Shown here one piece after another: positions 25,612-42,837 of a DNA stretch of 64,000 nucleotides. The stretch lies in assembly GCA_012295275.1 (NCBI GenBank), contig CM022670.1:30752001-30816000 (forward strand), given 5' to 3'. This stretch comes from Chrysomallon squamiferum (Eukaryota; Animalia; Mollusca). The notes beneath the pieces are model-generated. The model was not told where the DNA came from. It ran no database searches and worked only from the letters and a program-made list of their open reading frames with translations. The translations under genes were made by a program, and so were the position numbers. The stretch's first letter is position 1. Every line of letters begins with the position of its first letter.

Positions 25612-26542
25612 TATTATATACTTCTATTATATATAATAATAGTACATATTGCAAGTTTATTTTCTTAAAAATAATTGATGTTACACATCCAACAGAATAA
25701 CTTTTTACTGGTTTTTTTTTTTTTTTTTTTTTTTTTTTTGTATTCTGACCATTAAATAATATGTAAAACTTTTCTGTTTTTATTGTATCATTCAAACAAA
25801 TTAAGTTATTTTCATACTTTCACATCCATCCATTAAGTTTCCTCACCAAGCTAAATTTTTTCAAAACAAAAATATAAAAATATGCTTTAAAAAATGTCTA
25901 TATAAAGTTAGTATTAATATTTATTCTGAAACGGAGCAGTCATTATGTGAAGCTTAAGTCGAAAACACACACACACACACACACACACACCATGCGCAGT
26001 AACGATGTCCACGCTCGCACGCAAAGTGATTATTTTTGACTAGGTCTCTTTTAATGTAAAGTATATGAAAACAGAATGCAACAGTATTTCGTTACCATTG
26101 TCAGCTTGTCAAGTTACTTAATATAATAATTTACTTTGATTAGTCACAGTTAATACATTATACAGCTTCTGATTAACGTAATCATTTTACTGTTAATGTG
26201 TTATGACAAGCAATTTGAAACCATTCGGAAATCTGAAACTTTCTTACATAACAAGCTTCTTCTTTGTAAACAATCATAAATCCCGAAAATCTTAGAACTA
26301 TAAAACGGAACGTGTCACGAAATTGGAATGGTACAAAAAGTACGATTATGAATTCTCAAGGTTAAACGAACTGTTACATAACAATGCAATACATACAATC
26401 TTAAGTCCCAGTTCTTAACAAAATAGTAATTTATACATAATATTCAATGTATCTCACACATCATTTCTTCCGATATGTTTACCTGCAGAAGAAAATCGCG
26501 TATAAGTGCCATAATAGGGGTGATATGTCTGGGCGCAGTCAT
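15683..26542 (-). CDS. NDUFA7: NADH dehydrogenase 1 alpha subcomplex subunit 7 (B14.5a), paralogue B; 4 exons, 112 aa
   Basis: Exons 26542-26483, 16996-16950, 16382-16236 and 15767-15683 (60/47/147/85 nt, all GT-AG) give [68 protein letters not shown]...[20 protein letters not shown]. The [15 protein letters not shown] signature is that of NDUFA7. Confidence 0.9.
15965..16195. repeat. AT-rich ~70-80 bp tandem repeat (3 copies) in NDUFA7-B intron 3
   Basis: The unit ttacaaatttaactt..agtaat.attaa.attaaaa..tatttttaa.tgtc...ttgattcatta recurs near 15977, 16057 and 16126. Confidence 0.75.
18475..24380 (+). mobile_element. Gypsy LTR retrotransposon, Gmr1-like, internally deleted and degenerate; 3' LTR not seen
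   Basis: Putative 5' LTR ~18475-19135 (start approximate) and a tRNA-Pro-like PBS tggggctcttgttcgggat at ~19138. Gag reads [33 protein letters not shown], with a zinc knuckle remnant CLYCKMNNH and a protease-like [10 protein letters not shown]. Integrase C-terminus [16 protein letters not shown] is followed by RNase [17 protein letters not shown]. Confidence 0.85.
20923..23507 (+). mobile_element. Sola2-type DNA transposon with ~450-bp TIRs, inserted in the Gypsy pol region
   Basis: Termini GGGTCATT...AATGACCC with a 4-bp TSD TAAG (20919-20922 and 23508-23511). Long imperfect TIRs ~20923-21369 and ~23040-23507. Transposase fragment [33 protein letters not shown] termini, a 4-bp TSD and long TIRs are Sola2 hallmarks. 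Confidence 0.85.
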
Positions 26543-27319
26543 CTCGGCTTGTTCAACAAATTGTTGTTACTATTAGTTTGAAGTTTCGATAAACAAGACT
26601 TTGGCAACCTTGTTGGTCGAGACTATTATTTAGCCTGAAAGAAATCGCTTTTTAGGATGTGAAGTATTTCGATGTTAATAAATAATAATAAAATGCAATG
26701 ACGTTTACCAAAATGTAAATGTAATAATTATATTAATGGCAGAGCTCCCATCTGCATAATTTTATTAAGCGAAAGTTTATCACATGGTTGGATTATCGGA
26801 TATTGGATTTATCATTTAGTACTGTGCTGTGTGAAAATATTGAAACGTTTAAAAATTATTATTCATTTGTTTCAATAATCAACGGCTTTGAAAGTTCAAA
26901 GACGTTCAGATGCTCAAGAACATACTCAATAATTAATTTGAAATGTAACTTATACAATAAAATATGTTCCATTATTTTGTACAAGACTTTGTCAAACAAA
27001 ACACTAATTTGAGCGATTATTTTAATCAAAAGGATCCAGTCTTGTATTCAGCTATGTATGACTGACTAATTACCTCTTTATTTTTTAAAAACATTTTCGA
27101 TTTTTAGTATGAATCAGTTTAATAAGGTGTGGTTAATATTTATTTTGATGCAGTAACCTTTTTCGTCCCCCCCCCACCTTTATTAAAAGCATGTTAATGC
27201 AGTGACAGTTATGTAAGGCTGGTTTTAACCATGTATATTATATCCGTGACAAAACACTGGTTTTCCTTTGAATTTAATAAAATATAGTCCTCTTTCTTTG
27301 TTTAACCTTCCATTAGAGA

Positions 27320-27350
<31 letters not shown>

Positions 27351-27883
27351 AAATTATTTACTAATATTATTTCTTACTTTAAAAAAAGAAAATAATAATA
27401 ATAATAATAACAATAATAATAATAATAATAATTTTAACATTAATTACTGTTGTATACTGAGCCTTTTTGGAATTTATAGTGATGAGAAAAGGAATTCTCT
27501 CTCTCTGTCTTGTATTAAGCAATAATTACACTGGAAGAGGAAAAAAACTATATAATTCTAGTAAATCATGTTTAGCAGAATTGTCACCAGCATAAAGTTA
27601 AGAATAAATTTAAAAATTATCAGTAGTTAGATAAAAGTTTTATTCACAAATGGCAAAATATAACACAAGTCATTTCAGTTCCAAATTATGATCTTTATTC
27701 TAGAATTCAACTATCTGGGTGGCTTTAAAAAATAAATAAATAATACAAAAATAATTATAAATAATAATCGGAGACGAGTTCATTTATAAATAAAAAGAAA
27801 AAGTATCTAAATCTTGACAAAATAAAGGTCTACTGTCAGTAGGAAATGTCACTTGTGTTTTAAAATGGAGATGAATACACAAC

Positions 27884-29602
27884 TCATTTGTATGTCATTT
27901 CACCTGTGTTCCAGTCATAGGTGGGGCCAGCCTTTGGGACAGGCTTGTTACCACTTACTGTTTTTCCTCTGAAAATAATTAATGGCACATAAATTTTATT
28001 CATAAAATAATAAAGTAATATCATTACTAACCTTTCCATTTATAATGCCAATAAATTTTTTTTACAAATCTCTCTATGTCTAATTTATTTTATGCTAATC
28101 AGTTGTTAAAGCTTTGAATGATTAGTGTGAATGTAAATGTCTATCCTTTTATTTCATCCAGATAATAACATTTTGAGTAATACAGTTAAAAAAACAAAAA
28201 CAAATAAATTCAATTTCAAATTTATGTTATAACTTACTTATTACTTTATATGATGCGTGTCTGGTAACCAGATCAAACTCATTTAATATCAAAAGGACTA
28301 TTAACAGTATTATCTATTCCAGCTAAGTGTATTATAATATTAGTCTTTGGTGTTAATATTCTTCTGTCTGTAAGTATAACTATCTGCATAACAAAGATCA
28401 TCTGCTGCTAAGTGAAAAAAATAGAAGGTTTTGTGCTCAATAATAAAGAAACCATTAGCTTCATATTATTAATCAAATACAGTGAGATACAATGCAGCAT
28501 ATACTGCTGCTGCAAATAGTTTTACCCTGAACTGGTGTCTGATATAAGTTTTGTGGCACTTAGATAAACTGGCTCTGGTGGTAATACAGATCTCCGGCCA
28601 TCACGACTGAGGTAGTAGTTATTGGCTAACCGATGTGAAGGTCCACCTGGCAATTTAGCAGGGGGTAGGGTTCTGAAAAAAAAAAAACTTTTAAATTCCA
28701 AGTCAGTTTATTTATGTGTAATACATAATACATGTGTACATATTTTCTTTAAAATCTGCATATATACAAACTGCCATAACTTTATCCATGACATTCCAGA
28801 CATATTATGGTTATTACAGTTAACACATTTTTAGCCATACAAAATACAATCCATTTGCAATTACGAAATAAATAATAATAACAAACTCGGAGATCAATCA
28901 GTTGCATTATGTTTTTCTTTAAAAAAATCAAGAAGCAAACAAAAAGAATCATGAAATGTGGTTTATTGCAGGTATATATTCATTTTTTTATTTTTCTTGA
29001 GATTTATCTTTTTAAAAAATAATTTAAAAAAAATACATTTATAATAATGAAGAATCTATTGTGTCCACCCAAACTGAAAAAAACATAGTAAGAATTGATA
29101 TATCGTATATATATCTATATATATAGATATATATGTTATATAGAATTTTGAATATGTCAGTGATAAGTACTTGTTTTCAAACTTATTCATTATAAAGAAA
29201 AATGTAATAACTGCGATGCATCACTGCCAAAAGTAAATGTACTAACCTCTTGGAAATAAAACCCTCAAATCTCAAAGCATTTATATATGGTCTCTGGAAA
29301 TATGTAATAAAAAACAATTTATTTTACAAACATACTAAGTAATTTTGACAGATTTTTATTAATTAAAAGGCAAGTAAGAAACTACTGAAAGTGACAACAA
29401 GTCATATTTCTAAGCTTTACATATTATTGTTCCTTTCATTTTTTGAGTTAGTGTGTTAAGAGTTATTTTCAATCATCAATGTCTATTTCTGGGCAGAATT
29501 AGAAGCATTTTTGTTTACTAATATCAGGTTGTAATCAATTTTTGTTTTCAGGTGTTAATATTATTTGTTTTTTCTTTATTGTACATATTTGACTTTATTC
29601 TC

Positions 29603-29636
<34 letters not shown>

Positions 29637-30249
29637 GTTACGTTTGCTGGTTTACTATTAATAATACTATGGTCCACTCTGAACGTCAGTAGCAAATGTA
29701 CAATGAAATATTCCAAAATACAGTTTATAATATAACATGCTGTTTACTTAAATGGACTTGTATTTTTAACATAATAAACAAACATGACTGACTTGTACAT
29801 AGTGCAGTATATTTGTAATACTACTACTAGTTACTGGTACAATACTGACAATACTTGAGTCACAGTTGTAAAAACCAAAACCTGAATTATTAACAACACG
29901 AACATTGAACATAAAATCACTCATGCCATCGGCTGTAGTCAACAGTTATTACAAGCGCATTACATGGATTACTCTAACATAGTATCTGAAGTTACAACTA
30001 CTGAAGAAATTAATTATCTTGAAATTGAACTGATTTGTCACTTTTGTGGGCTAAACTTTAAAACTAAGCCCAAGGTCAAATAAAAATAATTAAATAATGA
30101 AAGAAAAAGAATAGCATTTAATCTTTAGTCCATCGTTCTTAAATGCACTGAGGACGATTAACCAAAACCGCGCTAATAAAATTACCTACCTGAAGCAAAA
30201 AATTTCGAATTAATGCTATTATCGGAGTAACATGTCTGGGCGCAGCCAT
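27884..30249 (-). CDS. NDUFA7: NADH dehydrogenase 1 alpha subcomplex subunit 7 (B14.5a), paralogue A; 4 exons, 112 aa
   Basis: Exons 30249-30190, 29293-29247, 28672-28526 and 27968-27884 (60/47/147/85 nt, GT-AG) give [68 protein letters not shown]...[20 protein letters not shown]. Confidence 0.93.
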
Positions 30250-30766
30250 CTTTGATCTTCCTTGGAATTTTTGTGTTTTTAGTAATTAATTGGCGCAGTC
30301 TATAACAGCATACACAGCATATATTTGAAAGCTACAGTATACATTATCTCGTGTAGTACATTTGAAATTTTAATAGAGAAAAAAAAAAAATATCGCCATA
30401 CTTTTTTTAAATAATAATAATTAGAGACTATAGCCCATTACAGTTTTTAATAATAGTATTAATACACATACACATATCATCTTTAGATTGTCAGTGTCTA
30501 TATATCAAATGTTATTTGATTTTTTGTTTCCTTTAGTTGATACATAGGTTGTTGTTGTCGTTGGTTTTTTTTTGTGTTTTTTTTGTTGTCGTTTTTCACA
30601 CTCTGTAAAGCATAATAATCTGTAATATGTAAAATGGTTATAAATAAACAAGTGGCCCTACTTGTAGATTAAAGATAGTGCTCCTGTTCTAAAGAAGGAA
30701 AAGCGTCAAAACGTGTTTTCCAAAGAGAAAACCCCTTCCTCGACCTTTTCCGGTTTTGACTTCAGC
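30250..30766. promoter_or_regulatory. Bidirectional promoter region between NDUFA7-A and RPS28, with a TCT/5'TOP pyrimidine tract
   Basis: The divergent start codons are 517 bp apart. ccttttcc at 30744-30751 lies just upstream of the RPS28 ATG, as expected for a ribosomal protein TCT initiator. A YY1-like AAGATGGC overlaps the NDUFA7-A start. Confidence 0.7.
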
Positions 30767-35093
<4,327 letters not shown>

Positions 35094-35540
35094 TTTCTCA
35101 AACGGTTTTATAATGTGAGTTCATTTTTTGCTCTGGCTGTGTGAAGTGTTAAAAAAAACTTGGAGAAGTTTTGTTTTTTATAACAAATGCATCTTGAAAA
35201 CAAGGCCATTTAATGAATTTGTAAAAAGTGTTGTACATTTTTATTCATACCAGTGGTAATCAAGACTATTCAGTTTATGTTCTGCAGAAAATTTTAATAA
35301 TATTAAAATGGAATTAAAAAATAGTGCTTTGAAACATTAAAGACCCATCTGGCTATTGAATTTTGTACATATGAGAAAAAGAATAAACAATTTCATTTTA
35401 GATTTAATGTGATTGTCTCCCTTACATTTCATTGCATCTGGAAAAATTCTCATATAATTGCAGTTAGAATATTTACATATGTGTAATAAATTAAAAATTA
35501 AAAAAGATAAAATAAACCAATGATGATTTTTATATTTTAG

Positions 35541-35640
35541 GTGCTGTTACTTGGTGGAAGCATGAAGAATTCAGTCATGTTTTTGAATTCCAACAGGCAA
35601 AATATTTCATAATAAAGAGACTGATGTAAATTGTTCAATG
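35541..35640 (+). other. RPS28: RPS28 non-coding terminal exon with polyadenylation signal
   Basis: Donor gtgagt at 35115, 21 nt after the stop codon. Acceptor tattttag| at 35540. AATAAA at 35611-35616 is followed by a GT/T-rich tract. Confidence 0.7.
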
Positions 35641-36721
35641 TCTTGTTTTTATTTGAAATATTTTTCTTTTAAATGGAAGTAATGTTTGCTTTGTTTGCAC
35701 AGGAAGTGGATGATGATAAGAAAGTATTTAGTGACACAGAAACTGGTTTCTCATTTATTAAAGACAGTAGTGTGAGCTTCCTCTCCATATAATGGATTAA
35801 TGACTGTTACAGATGTGATTGACAATGGGTTTCTATGCAGACAATAAAACGTCACCAACTCATGATGATAAAATACTAAACATTCCATTTAGAAATGAAA
35901 ATGTTTTTATTATTTATTAATTTATTTTTTTGTTTTGTTTTGTCATTTCATAAAATATGTTTACAGACATGTATATATACACCAAAAATATTGCAGTAGT
36001 TGCTGGAGTTCTGGTTATAATGGTAAATAACCAAGATTTCAATATTTTTAACTAATTTCCTAAGTTCTAATAAAGATTTTAGAAAGTAATAATCATAGTT
36101 TAAGCCTTCGTGTCTAATGTGAAGATGATTGATATGTAAGTCACAACAAGCACTAACACTAGCCTCAGAATATACTTTCAGTATTCCAACCTTAATGCTT
36201 ATATCTTTTCATATTAATGTAGACAAAATTTTATTTCTTTTATTATTATTGTTATTATTTAACTATTATGGGTACTGTAATTAGTTATATTGCTTCTTAG
36301 ACGTCATAACATTTTACTTTCCATTATTATCTTGTTAATTCTGCCAAATTTACTATTACATGAGCATATGTTTCAAAATGATGTCTTTAATTTGCTGTAA
36401 GCATAATTATGAATGTAGTGGCTATAGCAATATAATAGAACTGCTTACGGTAGAAACTACAGATAATAATAATAGCAACAACAACAACAAAATACTAATA
36501 ACGATAACAACAGTAATAAGAACACAAAACAGATTGAGGATACCGTATCGGAAACTTTCCGAAACCAGAAATGGTGATACATTGATTATTTGGAATATAC
36601 AAACTTTATTTCATGCATATATATATATATATATATGCATGAAATAAAGTTTATATAAAGCTGCCATATTTGTATAAGCTGTTTATGAAACATAAACGGA
36701 ATTCGTGTGTACATTTAGATC

Positions 36722-37530
36722 CAGGGCCGGCGCTACCACATAGGCCAGTGGTCGTGTGTCACTTCCAAATTCATATTATCACAGATCCAGCAGTTGCTCC
36801 AGAATTCATTCTTCTATAGTATATGAATAGGAATAAATGTTACCAGAGAACAGCTGTGAGTTCTGCTCTCAACTATTACTTTTAATTCTCTTTTATTAAC
36901 GTTTAAATTACGTGACCAAAAATATTCGAGAATATATTAAATCAATGTCCAAGGTACTCAGTGTCGCGCGTGTCCTAGTTTTGCCACCACTGATATAGGC
37001 AAACTAAGAACACGCCTAGGGCGCTGATTTAGGGGGCGCGTTTCTCCAAACCAACAACAGTTTTGAAAATTAAATAAATAAATTTCAGTTCTATTGAGGG
37101 TCGTTTTTTATCCTGGTTTATTCGATACAGCGACAAATAATCGGGTAGATTCAGTGTGACCGAAATACCGGACAAGCAGAATGAGCGAATGAAAATTGCG
37201 CGTACCCTAAACTTTCAAGATTATGTTCGCGTGTTTTTACAGGCCACGAGCTTTTCCGTAGAATTACGCCTAAACGAAACCTTCAGTTTGCCGTGGAAAC
37301 CAAGCTGAGGTCGCTAATTTCTTATTTTAATGGTAAAAAGAAGGAAAGAAATGGCCTGTGCGGGGCATTTAATTGTCACAGACAGAAAAATCTTGCCTCT
37401 GGATATCGCTTAGGATGTTGATAGCAAATGTTTTAAAAATATTATTTATAAATTTTGAAACTGATATTATCCCTGGGGGCGCCAGAATCTCACCTTGCCT
37501 AGGGCGCCAAATAGTCTGGCGCCGGCCCTA
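36722..37530. mobile_element. hAT MITE
   Basis: TIRs cagggccggcgc / ggcgccggcccta, with a perfect 8-bp TSD tttagatc (36714-36721 and 37531-37538). Confidence 0.88.
36746..36992. mobile_element. Small hAT MITE nested in the preceding MITE
   Basis: Ends cagtggt ... accactg, with an 8-bp TSD acataggc (36738-36745) / atataggc (36993-37000), one mismatch. Confidence 0.8.
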
Positions 37531-38797
37531 TTTAGATCCTATTCTGAGGTTATTTCCTCACATCCCAAAATCCGAAACACTTCCGATCAAATAGTCTTCT
37601 CAACCTGTAATAAGCAACAATAATATTAATAATCTTATAGCAGAATAACCTTCTTTTGCATCTGAGCCTGTTAATTATTTACCTTTGAATAAGATCCAGC
37701 AGCATTTATGTTTATTCTGTCGTTAAACAGAGACTCGGCTATTTTTGGTGAGGACGCGATAAGTGTGAACAGTGAAATGACGTCATCGATAAAGATCGTA
37801 AATATGGTTTGTTCAGAAAAATATCATAAAATTATGATTATAAAAAGTTATTATTATTATTATTGCTACTATTACTACTGTTATTAAATAACTGTTATGT
37901 GAATGTATTTATACCCTTTGGTGTGGCATATATCTACAAAAAGAATATAATTATTATTTTGTTTTATTATTATTATTATTATTTTTTTATTATTTTTTTT
38001 CTTCTTGTAATTTTTATTTTATTTATTATTATTATTATTTTGTATTATTATTTGATGAACAGTTTCTGTAACAGCTAAGGTTAGAGATCCATGTCGTGTG
38101 AATGACATTCGAAAACAAACGACTATCAATATTCATCACCTCACTTCAAAAGCGTTCCCCAGTGAAACATCACCGGTTCTGCTTAATACATATTATTTCG
38201 GAAAGGGCCACCTATGGATCAGTTTCGCTACGCTTCTGAAAATCAGGTTTCATCAATAATTCAAACTAGTTTTTCCGACATAACAGTACCACATAGTAAT
38301 CGTATGTGCTGGAAATGGTTGCCCGTCATTACAGTCTAGACAAACAGACACAGCAGAATAAGAATGGATTTATCATCAAAAGATTTATATGTATATCAGT
38401 AGAGAGATGATACTGAAAAGTTCAGTAATTATCAATAAGAAAGATTAACAGCAGAAATATTTTAGAGTGGTCTTTAACTCTCTGTTTATCGAAATATGTG
38501 GAATGTAGCTCAGTGGTTAGAGCAAACGTTAGAAAGGGTTTTAGATCGCCAAATCTGTATGGAGCTGATTATGAATGCTTCTAAATCTCAAGAAAGTTGT
38601 TAAAATCAATTGTCTCATCAGGCTACAAGCAAGACAGATGGGTTTTTTTAACTTGAATCCAGGTATAATGGATACTGACGTCTTTCATCATCGCTTTCCT
38701 TCTTGTTGCAGTTGTATGTTGTTGTTTGTTGTTGTTGGGTTTTTTTGTTTTGTTTTTTTGGGGGAGGGGGGTCTTTGATTTGTATGTTTATCACCTT

Positions 38798-38799
<2 letters not shown>

Positions 38800-38877
<78 letters not shown>
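38800..38877. repeat. (CT)n microsatellite
   Basis: Read directly from the sequence. Confidence 0.97.
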
Positions 38878-38880
<3 letters not shown>

Positions 38881-39369
38881 GCACGGACGTGGTCATCAGT
38901 TTAGTCTGACTTAGGCTAGGAAAATATATTTATGCATTTTCAACTTCAAATTTTTGTTTTCCGTATGCAGTAATCATTTCTTTACTATTTCCTGTAAGTG
39001 TAAGTCAATACTCTTCTGTCTGTGGTAAAAACGTATCTGCATAGAGTGCACGCCACCACGACACTGCCAAAGCGAAATGAAAGACAGCTACGGTTAACAA
39101 GGAACATTATATTAACAAATTGGACACGATTACATAGTGATTGACGAAACCCGAGGATACGTAGCGATTCCCAGTCTCTGACCTACTGACAATTGCTTAT
39201 TAATGGGATCTGGTATATGTATTTGGGAAATCGCTAGAAGTTCCAGCAAATCGTGCATGTTAAAGCATTGTATTTATCTTAACAAAAATAATAATTATTC
39301 CTCTTTTTATATGAAACAGGTTTAAGATTATACATGAATATTTGAGAGAAAAAAATTGTATTAACTGGA

Positions 39370-39400
<31 letters not shown>

Positions 39401-41839
39401 AAAATACATTAATCACACACGTATGTACGCACAGATTAAATGATGCTTCAGTTGGACACGCCCTTGATCTATCGTTTATAAATTAATTGCATGAGACTTT
39501 TTCATGAATATATATTTAAGATTTTTAGAAAATACAATAAAGAATGTAATGCCAATTTTGCAATAATTGATCAATACTAATTTAACAGTACATCACTTGC
39601 TCGTTATTTTTCTTTTTATCTGTCAGAATTTATAAATCCTCCATTTTGTTACTTTATTATTTCCTTCTCGATAGGTTGTCTCCGATTCTATCTTATATAT
39701 AAAATTTTGTATCTTTTAAATAAAATATAGCGAAACTTGACGAAAATCACTGGCTCAAAAATAGTTGCAAGTATAAATCACACAATTCAAAACCCCATTT
39801 TTGTTTTCTACATCTGCTGACTTACATTCAGCCGGATTATAAGCTCACGAGTATATTAAATAATACAGACTTTTAATAGTAACGTGACAATTCATTATAA
39901 TAAGCAAAACAGTATGTAAATGTTAACACCAAATCAGAAACAGTGACTGAACCACCTAGTAAAGAAACCCTATTTTTAAGTTCGTTTAGCAAGCACCTTT
40001 CTTGTTAATTTTTGTAGTGATTCCGAATTGTAATCACGATTGAACGATTGACATTCTAAACAGGTAATGTATGGACGAGTTACTTAAGTTGCTATATCTG
40101 GTTAGAAACAAAATCATCACGTTACATGGATCAAAGGAACTACACTTTATCCATGCAACGAGAATACAAGTATTTCATACTCCTTTCAAGGATTTACTTT
40201 AAAAGCATTTATACGTGTTCCTTTATATTTTTTCATGGAACGTCTGTTCTGTAATTACTGTAGTAGAGCATACTTATTGCTTACAATTTTCCGAAGTTTA
40301 TTTATTCTGTTATGTTCTTACTTCGCTTTAAAATCTGAATTTTCTTTATTTCATACGGGTTTAGATTAAATAAGATAATTTTCCTTACGTATTTTCACAG
40401 CATACTTATTTCATTCTTATTTCATAAGCATACATATTCAAAATGTATTTCCATAACATACTTATTTCCGAAGATTGTTCGTTTCTGTAGCACATTTATT
40501 TCTGTACCACATTTTCTCATAACACTTAACAGTAAAAATTAATAAAACAGTGACAGAAAGTAGGTGACAATGATTCAGTATAGATCGACAGTAATATAGC
40601 CTAATGTAGCAAAATTTGAAAAAAGATAATTTTCTTCAAACGAAAGAGTATTTGAAAAGACAGGTGGAAAATAAATATGTGTTTAACGTGCAGCTTCTTA
40701 CAGAAACAAATAATGTGTGGTCTCGGTCAGCTTTGATCTTAATTAGTTGTGCAAAACGATCTAAAATCGGTTAATTGTTTTCTCCTTTCTCTATTATTAT
40801 TATTATTATTATTATGTTATTATTTATTTATTTATTTATAATATACACTGCTTGATTAAGGTATGGGCCCAGATTTTACCAGACATTAAGTTGAAAGCTA
40901 TATCATTTTCTTCAACGTTTTTCCTTTTGAAAATATTACTGAGTAAATCTTACTCTGGTTCTGATGTGGCTAGACAATATGCAGGTAAATTGTATTTAGT
41001 ACAGCGGAGTTCATTTTAGGTATGTTTTGTAATTATTATTAAAAAAGAAATCAACATAAAAATTTCTGTCGAAAGATAAACATCTGTATAAAATATTTTA
41101 TGTTTATTTATAACAAAGTGTGGAAAAAATATCCAGTACGCTTATTTCTAAAGTTAATAATCTCTATAATAAATTCTGTTCTTTTATTTTGTGTTTTTAG
41201 AAGATAACAACGCCACTGTATAAAATTATAACTATTAATCAGTAATTAAAATTTGCATTATTAGCTGTAGATCGTGAAATCAGACAACTTTATATTCATT
41301 GAATTTTTCATATTAATAGCACGCACAGATAGATATTGAATAAACATATTTCAAGCTAAGCGCTCTCTCTCTCTCTTTCCTTAAAATTGAAATGTACAAG
41401 TTCATGTCGGTGATATTTTAGTGTAACGGTATCTTATATAGTTTTGATTATGTTATATACTGCATGACACAATACAAGAAGCTCATTAGTACAGTTATCT
41501 ATATATGGTATCAGTATAAAATATTATCGTATTATGCTATATATCGTATGATATGTATACTGAATTACAGTATCGTAAGTAATTGTTTAACATAATTATG
41601 TAATATATCGTATGGCATTTTATCATATCATGCTATGTATTGTAATGTATTACATTAAAAAACAAACAAACATGTGTATGTTCTCTTCCAATGTATATAC
41701 TGAATGGCATTGTATAATTATATACCGTATTATATCCTGTTATCTTTTCATAACATTGTATGTCATATCAGATAAATGGTTTAGTGTACATGAACGTTAT
41801 GACACGTAAGCAGCCTATCACATCTTTTCACATGTACGC

Positions 41840-41940
<101 letters not shown>

Positions 41941-42799
41941 GCAGTCTCTGTCCCTCTATGTATCCATACATACGTTTATTCTTTCATATACACATACATA
42001 CTTACATAATACATACATTCATACAGAGAGACAAAGTATGTAGTATTGTAAAAAATATAATAATTTCAAAAAACAAATATGTGTCCTTTACATGAAAATA
42101 TGCACTGTTGACTGATAATAAGATTTCCATATTACAAATTAATTTATCCAAATTTAATCGTACAAACTTACGTTTTCATTTGTAATTAGGAGAAGAAAGA
42201 TCATTGGAAACATTTTCTAAACCGACACGAGAAGATAAACGAGTCACTCAAAAGGAATATGAAGATGTTGGTCCGGATATACCTACGGCAATCTGTTGAG
42301 GTAAATATTTTTTGAGGAAATTGAAAAAAAAAAAAAAAAAAAAAAAAATGGAAAACTAAGAGAATACAAAAAAAACCAACAAACATGTTGAGAAACCTTC
42401 TGTACAATTTTGTATAGGCAAACTGTTTGTCTTTTTTCTTTTTCAGCTGATATTATTGTATCATTAGATACTAACGGGGCAGATTACAATTTCAAAAGGT
42501 TGGATATCTTTGCTGTGGACACATACATAAAACACACATATTAGCTGGTGCAAAACGATTTAACCACACCCGAGCTTGAATCCGTGTTTGACCGGAATGA
42601 AAAGCAACATGTTCGTATCTCTAAAAAAAAAAATGTTATCTTCCATTTTCTTAAATTTAAAGATTTTTTTTTATGTAATTGACAAAATGCAATTAATAAG
42701 CAGTTACGTTGACTTTAGTCTTCCATTCCATTTATATCTTTCTTATTAAGACGAAAATAAGATTACCTAATAAAAGCATTGTAAGAGTACAGTACAAAA

Positions 42800-42837
<38 letters not shown>

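Larger units (their letters stand above)
36530..37607 (+). mobile_element. Tigger4/MER46-like pogo MITE interrupted by hAT MITEs
   Basis: Ends cagattgagga ... ttctcaacctg|ta. Subterminal ccaaaatccgaaacacttc and internal tatgaaacataaa resemble the Tigger4 consensus as I recall it. Confidence 0.6.

Noticed and set aside
38498-38560. tRNA-like tagctcagtggttagagc
   Set aside because: Only an A box/D-arm is present, with no T-arm or acceptor stem. Probably a SINE scrap and not a tRNA gene.
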